DNA of 64,000 nt, from contig CAWCUS010000004.1 of NCBI GenBank assembly GCA_963798845.1, forward strand, positions 224,001 through 288,000, in the 5' to 3' direction. The notes below the pieces were generated by a model, which did not search any database, was not told the DNA's origin, and was given only the letters and a program-made list of their open reading frames with translations. Shown one piece after another: positions 10,541-21,543 of the stretch. Origin of the DNA: an uncultured Gemmatimonadales bacterium (GTDB taxonomy: Bacteria > Gemmatimonadota > Gemmatimonadetes > Longimicrobiales > RSA9). How positions within the stretch are numbered: the first letter of the stretch is position 1; each line of letters opens with the position of its first letter. A program made the translations under genes and the position numbers.

Positions 10541-11281
10541 GTGGATCCGAAGGCGAAGCTCGTCGCGGTCCTGCGCGAGCTGAGAGAACTCGGCGTAAAC
10601 GAGCTGTTCCTCGACTCGATGTCGGCGGAGGAGGCGGTGGCGCTGCTGACGCGGCCTCCCGCGGCTCCCGGGGATGCGGAGGCATTCCACGCCGGACCCG
10701 CCCGGGCCGAGGGGACCGCGGCCCACGGCCGGTCGCTGCAGGTGCTGGGGGTGGAAGCGAGCCGGTGCACGCGCTGCCGGCTGAGCGAGGGGCGGCGGAA
10801 CGTGGTCTTCGGGCGGGGCAACCCGCAGGCGGAGCTCGTGGTGGTGGGCGAGGCTCCCGGGGGCGAGGAGGACCGTACCGGGATCCCCTTCGTCGGTCCG
10901 GCCGGCAAGCTGCTCGACCTGCTGCTGCTGTCGGTGGGGCTCGACAGGGAGAACGTCTACATCTGCAACGTCCTGAAGTGCCGGCCGCCGGGCAACCGGG
11001 ACCCGATGGCCGACGAGGTCGCGGCGTGCTCGTCGTATCTGCACGGGCAGCTCGAGGCGATCGGCCCGAAGGTCCTGCTTGCGGTGGGCAAGTTCTCGGC
11101 CCAGACGCTCACGGGCGAGGAAGCGCCCATTGGCCGCCTGCGCGGCCGGGTCCACACTCACCAGGGGATCCCGGTGGTTGCGACGTACCACCCGGCGTAC
11201 CTGCTCCGCACGCCGTCGGCGACGCGCAAGACATGGCAAGACCTGCAACTCATGAGACAGGTGCTGGATGAGCACGCCTGA
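10541..11281 (+). CDS. Uracil-DNA glycosylase family 4
   Basis: CxxC, GEAPG, PFVG, KCRPPGNRDP, YHPAYLLR. Confidence 0.92.
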   Translation: MDPKAKLVAVLRELRELGVNELFLDSMSAEEAVALLTRPPAAPGDAEAFHAGPARAEGTAAHGRSLQVLGVEASRCTRCRLSEGRRNVVFGRGNPQAELVVVGEAPGGEEDRTGIPFVGPAGKLLDLLLLSVGLDRENVYICNVLKCRPPGNRDPMADEVAACSSYLHGQLEAIGPKVLLAVGKFSAQTLTGEEAPIGRLRGRVHTHQGIPVVATYHPAYLLRTPSATRKTWQDLQLMRQVLDEHA

Positions 11282-12656
11282 GCCGGAAGTCTTCGCGTTC
11301 CGCGCGCCCGATCGGCAGCTGCCGTACGCGGCGGAAGCCGAGGTGAGCGTGCTCGGCGGAATGCTGATCGACGGGGATGCCGTGGCGAAGGCCGTGGAGG
11401 TCCTGGACGACTCCATGTTCTACCGGGAGGGGCACCGCCGCATCTACCGGTCGATGGCCAGGCTCTTCCAGCGCGGCGAGGTGGTGGACCCGACCACCGT
11501 GGCGGAGGACCTGCGCCAGACGGGTGAGATGGAGCAGGCCGGCGGGCTGCCCTACCTGGCCGAGCTGCTGGACGCCGTCCCGACGGCGGCGAACATCGAG
11601 TACCACGCCCGCATCGTGCGGGAACGGGCGATCATGCGGCGTCTGATCGAAGCGTCGTCGGCGATCATCCAGGACGTGTACACGCCGGGCGAGACGACCG
11701 TCGAGGAGCTCCTGGACGGGGCGGAGCACCGGATCTTCGAGGTGGCGCAGTCTCACGAGCGGCAGGGCTTCGTCTGGATCAAGAAGATCCTGTACCCGAC
11801 GTTCGAGCGGATCGAGCAGCTGCAGGCGGCACAGGGCGGGATCACGGGGATCGGCACCGGGTTCCCCGACCTGGACGGGAAGACGGGCGGGTTCCAGAAG
11901 GGAGACCTGGTCATCATCGCCGCGCGCCCCTCGATGGGGAAGACGGCGCTGGTGATCTCCCTTCTGCTGCACGCGGCCATCAGCCAGCAGACGCCCGTGG
12001 CGCTCTTCTCGCTGGAGATGTCGAAGGAGCAGCTGGTGCAGCGGATGCTGTGCTCGGAAGCGCTGGTGGACCTGGGCCGCCTGCTCCGCGGCCGCCTCAC
12101 CGACGACGATTACGTTCGGCTCGCGCAGGCGGCGGCGCACCTGAACACGGCGCCGATCTGGATCGACGACTCGGGCGCGCTGAACGTGCTGGAGATGCGA
12201 GGCAAGGCGAGGCGGCTGAAGTCGGAGCAGCCGGAGCTGGGGCTCGTCGTCGTCGACTACCTCCAGCTGATGCGGGGCGGGGTCAAGAGCGCCGAGAACC
12301 GGCAGCAGGAGGTGAGCGAGATCAGCCGGGGACTCAAGGCGCTGAGCAAGGAGCTGGGGGTGCCAGTGATCGCGCTGTCCCAGCTTTCCCGTGCGCCAGA
12401 GCAGCGCAGCGACCACCGGCCACAGCTGTCGGACCTGAGGGAGTCGGGTTCCATCGAGCAGGATGCCGATCTGGTCATGTTCCTCTACCGTCCGGAGTAC
12501 TATCTCTCCGACATGGAAGCGCAGGAGCAGGGGCTGGCCGGGAAGGCCGAGCTGATCATCGGCAAGCAGCGGAACGGCCCGACCGGGACAGTGGACCTGT
12601 TCTTCCGCAAGGAGAGCACGCGCTTCGAGTCGCTCGCGCGTTCGGAGCGCTTCTAG
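11268..12656 (+). CDS. dnaB: Replicative DNA helicase
   Basis: ARPSMGKT, FSLEM, DYLQL, LSQLSR, DLRESGSIEQDAD, KQRNGP. Confidence 0.97.
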   Translation: MSTPEPEVFAFRAPDRQLPYAAEAEVSVLGGMLIDGDAVAKAVEVLDDSMFYREGHRRIYRSMARLFQRGEVVDPTTVAEDLRQTGEMEQAGGLPYLAELLDAVPTAANIEYHARIVRERAIMRRLIEASSAIIQDVYTPGETTVEELLDGAEHRIFEVAQSHERQGFVWIKKILYPTFERIEQLQAAQGGITGIGTGFPDLDGKTGGFQKGDLVIIAARPSMGKTALVISLLLHAAISQQTPVALFSLEMSKEQLVQRMLCSEALVDLGRLLRGRLTDDDYVRLAQAAAHLNTAPIWIDDSGALNVLEMRGKARRLKSEQPELGLVVVDYLQLMRGGVKSAENRQQEVSEISRGLKALSKELGVPVIALSQLSRAPEQRSDHRPQLSDLRESGSIEQDADLVMFLYRPEYYLSDMEAQEQGLAGKAELIIGKQRNGPTGTVDLFFRKESTRFESLARSERF

Positions 12657-12688
12657 CGCCGCCAGGCGCGGCCGAGCCCGACCACGAC

Positions 12689-14053
12689 GTGAAGACACGA
12701 ACTGCGTACTTCTGCACCGAGTGCGGCAACGAGACGCCCCGCTGGCAGGGGCAGTGCCCGGCGTGCGGGGCCTGGAACAGCCTGGCGGAGGAGCCGCGGG
12801 CGACGAGGCCCCGACCGCGGGCGGGCCCACAGGGGCGCGACTCGCCCGGCCGGTCCGCGGTCGGTGCCACTCCGGCGCCGCTGCGCGACGTCCAGCCGAA
12901 CGCGACCGAGCGCTGGACCACCGGCATTCGAGAGCTCGACTTCGTTCTGGGGGGCGGAATCGTACCGGGCTCGCTGATCCTGCTGGGCGGGGAGCCGGGA
13001 ATCGGCAAGAGCACGCTCCTCCTCCAGGTGGCCGCGCGGCTCCAGGCGGCAGGCCGCGCAACGCTCTACGTCTCGGGCGAGGAGTCGGCGGGGCAGGTCC
13101 GATTGCGGGCGGACCGGCTGGGAGGCGGGGCTGAGGACGTGGTCTTCCTCGGGGAGACCGAGCTGGGCGCCATCATGGCACGCATCGCCGACGAACGGCC
13201 GGACGCCCTGGTGGTGGACTCGATCCAGACCACCTACACCGATGAGCTGGACGGCGCGCCCGGCAACGTGACCCAGGTGCGGGAGTGCGCGGCGCGGCTC
13301 CAGCGCTTCGCGAAGGAATCCTCGACGGCCGTCTTCCTGGTGGGCCACGTCACCAAGGGCGGCACTGTGGCGGGGCCTCGGACGCTCGAGCACATCGTGG
13401 ACACGGTGCTGTACTTCGAGGGAAGCCGCAGTCTGGACCACCGTGTTCTCCGGGCGACCAAGAACCGATTCGGGGGGGTCGACGAGATCGGTGTCTTCCG
13501 TATGACCACGGGCGGACTCGACGCGGTGGCGAGCCCATTGGAGCTCTTTCTCGGTGAGCGCACCGCTGGCGCGAGTGGAGCGGCGGTGGTGTGCACGCTG
13601 GAAGGCACGCGGCCGCTGCTGGTCGAGGTGCAGGCACTGTGCTCGCGGGCCGCGTACGGCGCGCCCCAGCGCGTCACCACCGGGTTCGACCGCCAGCGCC
13701 TGGCGCTGCTCCTGGCCGTGCTGGAAAAGCGGGCAGGCCTTTCGTTCGGCGACCAGGATGTCTTCCTCAACGCGGTGGGTGGCGTGCGCCTGACGGAGCC
13801 GGCCGCGGACGCGGGCGTGGTGGCGGCGCTTGCGAGCGCGCTGCTGGATCGGCCGATACCGGGAGACGCGGTGTTCGTGGGGGAGGTCGGCCTGGGGGGC
13901 GAGCTGCGATCCGTGAGCCAGCTGGAACGGCGTCTGGGCGAGGCGGAGCGCCTCGGCTTCCGCACGGCGTTCGTTCCCGGCCGGGCGCGCGCCGTTGCGG
14001 ATCTGAGGGTGGTGCGTTCCGAGACCGTCCGGGACCTTCTGGGGGCGTGGTGA
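12689..14053 (+). CDS. radA: DNA repair protein RadA/Sms
   Basis: N-terminal C4 zinc finger, GEPGIGKST, KNRFG; GTG start. Confidence 0.96.
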   Translation: MKTRTAYFCTECGNETPRWQGQCPACGAWNSLAEEPRATRPRPRAGPQGRDSPGRSAVGATPAPLRDVQPNATERWTTGIRELDFVLGGGIVPGSLILLGGEPGIGKSTLLLQVAARLQAAGRATLYVSGEESAGQVRLRADRLGGGAEDVVFLGETELGAIMARIADERPDALVVDSIQTTYTDELDGAPGNVTQVRECAARLQRFAKESSTAVFLVGHVTKGGTVAGPRTLEHIVDTVLYFEGSRSLDHRVLRATKNRFGGVDEIGVFRMTTGGLDAVASPLELFLGERTAGASGAAVVCTLEGTRPLLVEVQALCSRAAYGAPQRVTTGFDRQRLALLLAVLEKRAGLSFGDQDVFLNAVGGVRLTEPAADAGVVAALASALLDRPIPGDAVFVGEVGLGGELRSVSQLERRLGEAERLGFRTAFVPGRARAVADLRVVRSETVRDLLGAW

Positions 14054-14745
14054 GGGCGGCGGCCGTGATCCCGGCAGCGGGCGAGGGCGCCCGCATGGGT
14101 GCCGGCGTGAGAAAGCAGTACCTGGAGCTCGCGGGCGTTCCCGTGCTCCTCCGCGCGATCCGACCGTTCCTGGACCACCCGGCGTTCGTGTGGGTGGTGG
14201 TGGCGCTGCCTCCCGAGGAGGCCGCCGCGCCCCCGGTGCCGCTCCCGGCCACGGTGAGCGTCGTGGCGGGCGGTGCCACGCGTGGCGACTCGGTGCGTGC
14301 GGCGCTCGCGGCCGTGCCGGAGGAAGCGGAGGCCGTGTTCATCCACGACGCGGCCCGGCCGTTGCTGGATGAAGAGGTGCTGGAGCGCGTCCTCGCCGCC
14401 GTGGCGGCCGGAGAGAGCGCGATCGCGGCGGTCCCGGTGCCCGACACGCTGAAGCGGGTGGGGGCCGGGGGCGAGATCCAGGCGACGGTCTCCCGGGAGG
14501 CTCTCTGGGCCGCGCAGACGCCGCAGGCGTTCCCGCGCTCCGTGATCGTGGGAGCCTACGCCCGTGCGCGCACCGAGGGCGTCGAGGCGACCGACGACGC
14601 AGCGCTGGTGGAGCGGTATGGGGGACGCGTCGTCGTGGTGCAGGGAAGTTCCCGCAACGTGAAGGTGACGCGGCCCGAAGACCTGGCTCTCGCCGCAGCG
14701 CTCCTCGACGCAGCGGAGCGGCCGCACGGTAGCCGCGCCTCATGA
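14050..14745 (+). CDS. ispD: 2-C-methyl-D-erythritol 4-phosphate cytidylyltransferase
   Basis: AAGEGARMG..KQY, IHDAARP, QTPQAF, TDD, NVKVT. Confidence 0.93.
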   Translation: MRAAAVIPAAGEGARMGAGVRKQYLELAGVPVLLRAIRPFLDHPAFVWVVVALPPEEAAAPPVPLPATVSVVAGGATRGDSVRAALAAVPEEAEAVFIHDAARPLLDEEVLERVLAAVAAGESAIAAVPVPDTLKRVGAGGEIQATVSREALWAAQTPQAFPRSVIVGAYARARTEGVEATDDAALVERYGGRVVVVQGSSRNVKVTRPEDLALAAALLDAAERPHGSRAS

Positions 14746-15365
14746 CGCGCCGGCTGCCGTACGCCACCACGGAGCAGCGGAGGTCAGCGGAGGAATACGT
14801 TCGGCGGCACCTCGCGGCGGGAGGCATCCTGGCGTACCCCACGGAGACGGTCTATGGCCTCGGGTGCGCGCTGATTCCCCTTGCGCTGGAAGCGCTGGCG
14901 GCGTTCAAGGGGGAGCGCCCGTTCCTGCTCCTGATCCGGGACCGCTCGGACGCGGCCGAGCTCCTCTGGACGGCTGAGGCGGAGCGGCTCGCCCGCCGCT
15001 TCTGGCCGGGCCCCCTGACGCTGGCGCTGAGCGCGTCGGCCGGCACCTTCCCGCCGCAGGTGGTTGGCTCCGATGGTGCCGTGGCGGTGCGGGTCTCGCC
15101 ACACCCTGGCGTGGCGGACCTGCTCTCGGCGGCGGCTGGCCCGCTGACCTCCACGAGCGCGAACTTCCCGGGCGAGCCGCCGGCGAGGAGCGGGGACGAA
15201 GCCGCGGGGGTGGCGTCCGCATTCCCGGGGTCGCTGGTGCTGGATGCGGGCGAGTTGCCGTTCCAGCGGCCGTCCACGATCGTGCGCTGTGCCGAGGTCG
15301 TGCGTGTGATCCGTGAGGGCGCCATACCCACGTCGGAGCTGAGGACGGTGGTCGATCTGCAATGA
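14742..15365 (+). CDS. L-threonylcarbamoyladenylate synthase (Sua5/TsaC family)
   Basis: YPTETVYGL, FWPGPLT, TSAN, PSTIV. Confidence 0.9.
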   Translation: MTRRLPYATTEQRRSAEEYVRRHLAAGGILAYPTETVYGLGCALIPLALEALAAFKGERPFLLLIRDRSDAAELLWTAEAERLARRFWPGPLTLALSASAGTFPPQVVGSDGAVAVRVSPHPGVADLLSAAAGPLTSTSANFPGEPPARSGDEAAGVASAFPGSLVLDAGELPFQRPSTIVRCAEVVRVIREGAIPTSELRTVVDLQ

Positions 15366-15853
15366 GCGACAACAGTTCGGAAGGGACCAGCTACAATCTC
15401 CTGTTCGTCTGCACCGGCAACACCTGTCGGAGCCCCATGGCGGCCGCGCTGGCGCGCCACGCCCTCGGCGAGCGGGGGTGGAGCCACGTGGCCGTGCGCT
15501 CGGCGGGCGTGGCCGCGCTCCCCGGCTCGCCCGTCTCCGACGCCGTGCCGCTCGTACTGGCCGAGTCCGGCGTGGAGCTGGGCCGTCACGAGGCGTCCAT
15601 GCTGACGCCCGAGCTGGTCGAATGGGCCGACACCGTGCTGGTCATGGGCGCGAGCCAGATGGCCGCGGTCCTCGCCATGGGCGGGGCGGACAAGGTGGCC
15701 CTGCTCACGCAGTTCCTTCCGGACGGGCAGGCAGGCCGGCCCGTGGCGGATCCCATTGGGGGCGACATGGCCGTATACCGGGAAACGCGCGACCAGATCG
15801 CGGAAGCCGTCCAGGCCGTGCTCGACGGCCTCGAGCCGATCCTCGCGCCCTGA
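15362..15853 (+). CDS. Low-molecular-weight protein tyrosine/arginine phosphatase
   Basis: FVCTGNTCRSPMA P-loop and DPIGG. Confidence 0.9.
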   Translation: MSDNSSEGTSYNLLFVCTGNTCRSPMAAALARHALGERGWSHVAVRSAGVAALPGSPVSDAVPLVLAESGVELGRHEASMLTPELVEWADTVLVMGASQMAAVLAMGGADKVALLTQFLPDGQAGRPVADPIGGDMAVYRETRDQIAEAVQAVLDGLEPILAP

Positions 15854-15866
15854 GCCAGTCTCCCCC

Positions 15867-16709
15867 ATGACTCCCGGCACGGGAACGCGGCTCCTGGCTC
15901 TCCTGGGCGATCCGGTGGATCATTCCCTCTCGCCCCGGTTCCAGAACGCCGCGCTCCGCGCCGCCGACCTCGACGCCGTTTACGTCCCGCTCCGGTGCGA
16001 CGCCGCAGTCCTGCCGGGCCTCCTCCGCGGCATCGCCCTCGCTGGCGGCGGGGGCAACATCACGCTCCCCCACAAGACCGCGGCCGCCCGGGTCCTCGAC
16101 GAGGCGGCGCCGGCCGTGGTCCGGACCGGCGCGTGCAACACGTTCTGGCTCGAGAACGGCCGCATCCACGGGGACAACACCAATGTGGAAGGGTTCACCG
16201 CCGCCGCCCGGGCGCTGATCGGATCGCCCGCGGGCGCCCGCGTCCTGGTCCTGGGCGCGGGCGGCGCCGCCCGCGCGGCGGTCGCCGCCCTCCTGTCGGC
16301 TCGCGCCGACGCCGTGCACCTGCTGAACCGGTCCGCGTCCCGGGCGCGGGCCGTGGCCGCCGCACTCGATCCGCGTGGGCGTCGCGTGACCGTGCTGGAC
16401 GACCCGCAGCGCCTGGAGCGCGAGGGATACGACCTGGTCGTGAACGCCACTTCGCTCGGCCTCGCGGCAGACGATCCGCACCCGCTGGCGCTGGACTTCC
16501 CGGCTCGCGTCGGGGCCGTGCTGGACCTGGTGTATCGGCCGGGGGGCACGGCCTGGGTGCAGGAAGCGAGGGCGCGGGACCTCGTCGCCGCCGACGGTAC
16601 CGAGATGCTGCTCAATCAGGGGGTCGCCAGCTTCCGCCGCTGGTTCCCCGACGCCGCGCCGGATGTGGACGCCATGCGGCTTGCCCTGTTCGCCGTCGCG
16701 GACGCGTAG
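15867..16709 (+). CDS. aroE: Shikimate dehydrogenase (catalytic Asp appears as Asn)
   Basis: HSLSP, NITLPHK, GACNT, GAGGAARA, NR, NATSLG, DLVY, DGTEMLLNQG; GDNTN instead of GDNTD. Confidence 0.88.
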   Translation: MTPGTGTRLLALLGDPVDHSLSPRFQNAALRAADLDAVYVPLRCDAAVLPGLLRGIALAGGGGNITLPHKTAAARVLDEAAPAVVRTGACNTFWLENGRIHGDNTNVEGFTAAARALIGSPAGARVLVLGAGGAARAAVAALLSARADAVHLLNRSASRARAVAAALDPRGRRVTVLDDPQRLEREGYDLVVNATSLGLAADDPHPLALDFPARVGAVLDLVYRPGGTAWVQEARARDLVAADGTEMLLNQGVASFRRWFPDAAPDVDAMRLALFAVADA

Positions 16710-16730
16710 CCGACGCCGTCCCCTCCGGCC

Positions 16731-18529
<1,799 letters not shown>

Positions 18530-18586
18530 TTGGCGCTCAACAAGTTGGATGTGTTTACATTCGAAATTGCTCGAATGCTGGCTCTA

Positions 18587-18615
18587 TTGACGGCCGTGGG
18601 GGCGCGCATTAGGGT
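18587..18615 (+). promoter_or_regulatory. Putative sigma70 promoter upstream of the small zinc-ribbon gene
   Basis: TTGACG-N17-TAGGGT, preceded by an AT-rich patch containing the inverted repeat CATTCGA-N6-TCGAATG (18558-18577). Confidence 0.5.
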
Positions 18616-18743
18616 GAATGGGTGGGGCGCCGCCGCTCGTGGGGAGCGTGCGTCCGTGCTCGGGGGCGGGGAGAGGGCGGTCAGATGGCACGCATCTGGC
18701 GCCCGGAGGGTTCGCGGTACGGCATCCCGGGTAGGAGGAGTCC

Positions 18744-18944
18744 ATGGCGCAATCGACGAAAGGTCGGAGCGGGACGTACCGGTGTCCGGTGTGCGGTCAC
18801 CGCGACACTGCGGAGCTGGCGCCGACGCAGGACACGGCGGTGATCCGGTGCAGCTACTGCCAGACGTCGCTGGAGGTATCGTCGCGAGGCTCGGACTCCC
18901 TCCGATTCAGCGTGCAGGTGTCGGAGCAGGGCGCGATGCCGTAG
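18744..18944 (+). CDS. Small zinc-ribbon protein (CPVCG...CSYC)
   Basis: 66 aa; strong RBS AGGAGGAG; two CxxC motifs. Confidence 0.75.
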   Translation: MAQSTKGRSGTYRCPVCGHRDTAELAPTQDTAVIRCSYCQTSLEVSSRGSDSLRFSVQVSEQGAMP

Positions 18945-18972
18945 GGGCGGTGACGCGAGGATGAGAAACGAG

Positions 18973-19004
18973 GAGCCACGGTCTTGACGGACCGTGGCTC
19001 TTTT
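18973..19004 (+). terminator. Intrinsic terminator-like hairpin
   Basis: GAGCCACGGTC-ttgacg-GACCGTGGCTC (11-bp perfect stem) followed by TTTT. Confidence 0.7.
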
Positions 19005-19019
19005 CACTTCGAGGACCGG

Positions 19020-20231
19020 ATGACGAAGCGAACGATCAGGGACCTGCCGGACCGCGTGCTGGACGGCGCGCGCGTGCTGATGCGCGTGGATTACAACGTG
19101 CCGCTGTCGGAGGGGCAGGTCACGGACGACACGCGGATCCGGGCGACGCTGCCCACGCTGCGCTACCTGCTGGAGCGTGGGGCGTCGGTGGTGCTGATGT
19201 CGCATGCGGGCCGACCGAAGGGGAAGTGGGTGGAGTCGATGTCGCTGCGGCCGATGGCGGAGCGGCTGGGAGAGCTCGTGGACGTGCCGGTGCACTTCGT
19301 TGCGGACGTGGTGGGCTCTGAGGCGAGGAACGCGGCCGCGGCGCTGAAGGGTGGAGAGATCCTGGTCCTGGAAAACACGCGCTTTCTGCCGGGCGAGGAG
19401 ACGGACGACCCCGCGCTGGCGGAGCAGCTCGCCGCGCTCGGAACTGTCTACGTGAATGATGCGTTCGGCACGGCCCACCGGGCGCACGCATCGACGGTGG
19501 GGGCTGCGGAGCACATGAAGAAGGAGGGAAAGCCGGCGGTGGCGGGGCTGCTCATGGAGGCGGAGCTGCGCTTCCTAGGCGAGGCTCTGGAGTCGCCGGA
19601 GCGGCCGTTCGTGGCGATCCTGGGCGGCGCGAAGATCTCGGGAAAGATCGACGTGATCGAGAACCTGCTGCCCCGGGTGGACCGGCTCGTGATCGGCGGT
19701 GCCATGGCGAACACCTTCTTCCGGGCGATGGGGCTGGACACGGGTTCCTCGCTGGTGGAGGAGGACCGGGTGGAGATGGCGGCCGACCTCCTGGAGCGGG
19801 TCGGTGGGAAGCTGGCGCTGCCGGTCGACTGTGTGGTGTCCGAGGAGGCCTCGGCCGAGGCGCCCACCCGGGCGGTCTCGCGGGAGGAGGTGCCCGAAGG
19901 CTGGAAGATCCTGGATATCGGGCCGCACTCGGTCTCGGCATTCCGCACCGACCTGGAGGGCGCGCGCACGGTGCTGTGGAACGGGCCCATGGGCATGTTC
20001 GAGCTTCCGCCGTTCCGCGGCGGCACAGACGGACTCGCCCGGGCGGTGGCCGACATCACCCGAGCAGGCGCGACGTCCATCATCGGTGGAGGCGACACCG
20101 CTGCCGCGCTCAGGGAAGCGGGGCTGGAGGACCGGATGACCCACGTGTCGACCGGTGGCGGGGCGGCGCTGGAGTTCCTGGAAGGCCGCACCCTTCCGGG
20201 CGTGGCCGTCCTCGACGACAGGGAGGCGTGA
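19020..20231 (+). CDS. pgk: Phosphoglycerate kinase
   Basis: RVDYNVP, LENTRF, NDAFGTAHRAHAS, WNGPMG, STGGGA. Confidence 0.97.
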   Translation: MTKRTIRDLPDRVLDGARVLMRVDYNVPLSEGQVTDDTRIRATLPTLRYLLERGASVVLMSHAGRPKGKWVESMSLRPMAERLGELVDVPVHFVADVVGSEARNAAAALKGGEILVLENTRFLPGEETDDPALAEQLAALGTVYVNDAFGTAHRAHASTVGAAEHMKKEGKPAVAGLLMEAELRFLGEALESPERPFVAILGGAKISGKIDVIENLLPRVDRLVIGGAMANTFFRAMGLDTGSSLVEEDRVEMAADLLERVGGKLALPVDCVVSEEASAEAPTRAVSREEVPEGWKILDIGPHSVSAFRTDLEGARTVLWNGPMGMFELPPFRGGTDGLARAVADITRAGATSIIGGGDTAAALREAGLEDRMTHVSTGGGAALEFLEGRTLPGVAVLDDREA

Positions 20232-20989
20232 TGACCGGCGCAGCGATCAGGCCGGTGATCGCCGGCAACTGGAAGATGCACAAGGGCCCCGATGCCGCCC
20301 GCCGCTTCTGCCGGGAGTTCGCCCAGGTGGTGGCGCCGGCCGCAGACCGCTCCATCGTGCTGTTCCCACCCGCCCTCTCGCTCACCACCGTGCGCGACGG
20401 CCTGGCGGAGCACCACATCGGCCTCGGCGTGCAGAACATCCACTGGGAAGCGCAGGGGGCGTTCACGGGGGAGATCTCCGCGCCGATGGCCCGGGAAGCT
20501 GGTGCCCGCTTCGCCCTGGTCGGCCACTCCGAGCGGCGCCACGTGTTCGGCGAGACCGACGAGGAGGCCGGTCGAAAGGTCGCCGCCGCCACCGGCGCCG
20601 GGCTCACCCCCGTCCTGTGCGTCGGCGAGACGATCGAAGAGCGCCGTGCCGGACGGCTGGCGGAGGTCATCCTCCGCCAGCTCGATGCCGGCATCGCCGG
20701 CTTGGACGATGACGCCATGGCCGCCATGATCCTCGCCTACGAGCCCGTGTGGGCGATCGGCACCGGGGAGACCGCCACGCCCGCCGACGCCGCCGACGCC
20801 CACGGCCGCCTGCGGGCGCGCCTGCGTGACCGGCTCCGCGAGCGCGCGGATCGCGTGCCGATCCTCTATGGCGGCTCCGTGAAACCAGTGAACGCACGCG
20901 AGCTGCTCGACGCGTCCGACGTGGACGGCGTGCTCGTGGGCGGCGCGAGCCTCGACCCCCGGGATTTCGCGAAGATCGCGGCCGCGTGA
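20231..20989 (+). CDS. tpiA: Triosephosphate isomerase
   Basis: GNWKM, GHSERR, AYEPVWAIGTG, YGGSV, LVGGASL. Confidence 0.97.
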   Translation: MTGAAIRPVIAGNWKMHKGPDAARRFCREFAQVVAPAADRSIVLFPPALSLTTVRDGLAEHHIGLGVQNIHWEAQGAFTGEISAPMAREAGARFALVGHSERRHVFGETDEEAGRKVAAATGAGLTPVLCVGETIEERRAGRLAEVILRQLDAGIAGLDDDAMAAMILAYEPVWAIGTGETATPADAADAHGRLRARLRDRLRERADRVPILYGGSVKPVNARELLDASDVDGVLVGGASLDPRDFAKIAAA

Positions 20990-21105
20990 TCCGGACTGCG
21001 GCGTGCGTCGGGCAGCCGGGGAGCGGGAGTCGTGGTTGACACGGCTCCATCAGCCGGCGACCTTAATCTGCTGTACTCTCAACCCATCGAAAGACGAGTA
21101 GCGCT

Positions 21106-21540
21106 GTGTTCGGAATCCTTCTTTCGCTTCTGCTGATCGACGGCGTGTTCCTCGTCGTGGTAGTGCTGCTGCAGTCCGGAAAAGGCGGCGGCCTTGCCGC
21201 GATGGGCGGTGGCGCGAGCACGGACATGTTCATGGGGAGCCGGCAGGCGGCCAACGTGCTGACCAAGAGCACGTGGGTGACGGGCGGGATCTTCCTGCTC
21301 CTGGCGATCGTGCTGTCGGTGCTGTCGACCCGGCGGCAGAACCCGACGCCGTTGCTGCAGCAGGAGTTCCAGCAGCAGCAGACGGCGCCCGCTGCGCCGC
21401 AGCCGCTGGTGCCGAACGCGGGGGAGGCGCCGGCCGGTGAGGGGAGCGGCGGGGTGCCCGGCGTGAACGGCGGGGCCGGGCAGCCGGAGAACCCGGCGGG
21501 GCAGAGCCCCCAGGGTGCCGGGACGCCCCCGGGGCGGTAG
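21106..21540 (+). CDS. secG: Preprotein translocase subunit SecG
   Basis: Two TM helices flanking VLLQSGKGGGLA...LTKST; located after tpiA. Confidence 0.92.
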   Translation: MFGILLSLLLIDGVFLVVVVLLQSGKGGGLAAMGGGASTDMFMGSRQAANVLTKSTWVTGGIFLLLAIVLSVLSTRRQNPTPLLQQEFQQQQTAPAAPQPLVPNAGEAPAGEGSGGVPGVNGGAGQPENPAGQSPQGAGTPPGR

Positions 21541-21543
21541 TCG

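Noticed and set aside
18530..18964. 144-aa ORF starting right after gap
   Set aside because: TTG start without RBS and no motifs; the nested 66-aa CxxC ORF with a strong RBS is better supported.
21036..21069. secG promoter (perfect TTGACA)
   Set aside because: The best -10 candidates lie 20-22 nt away, so the spacing is not convincing.
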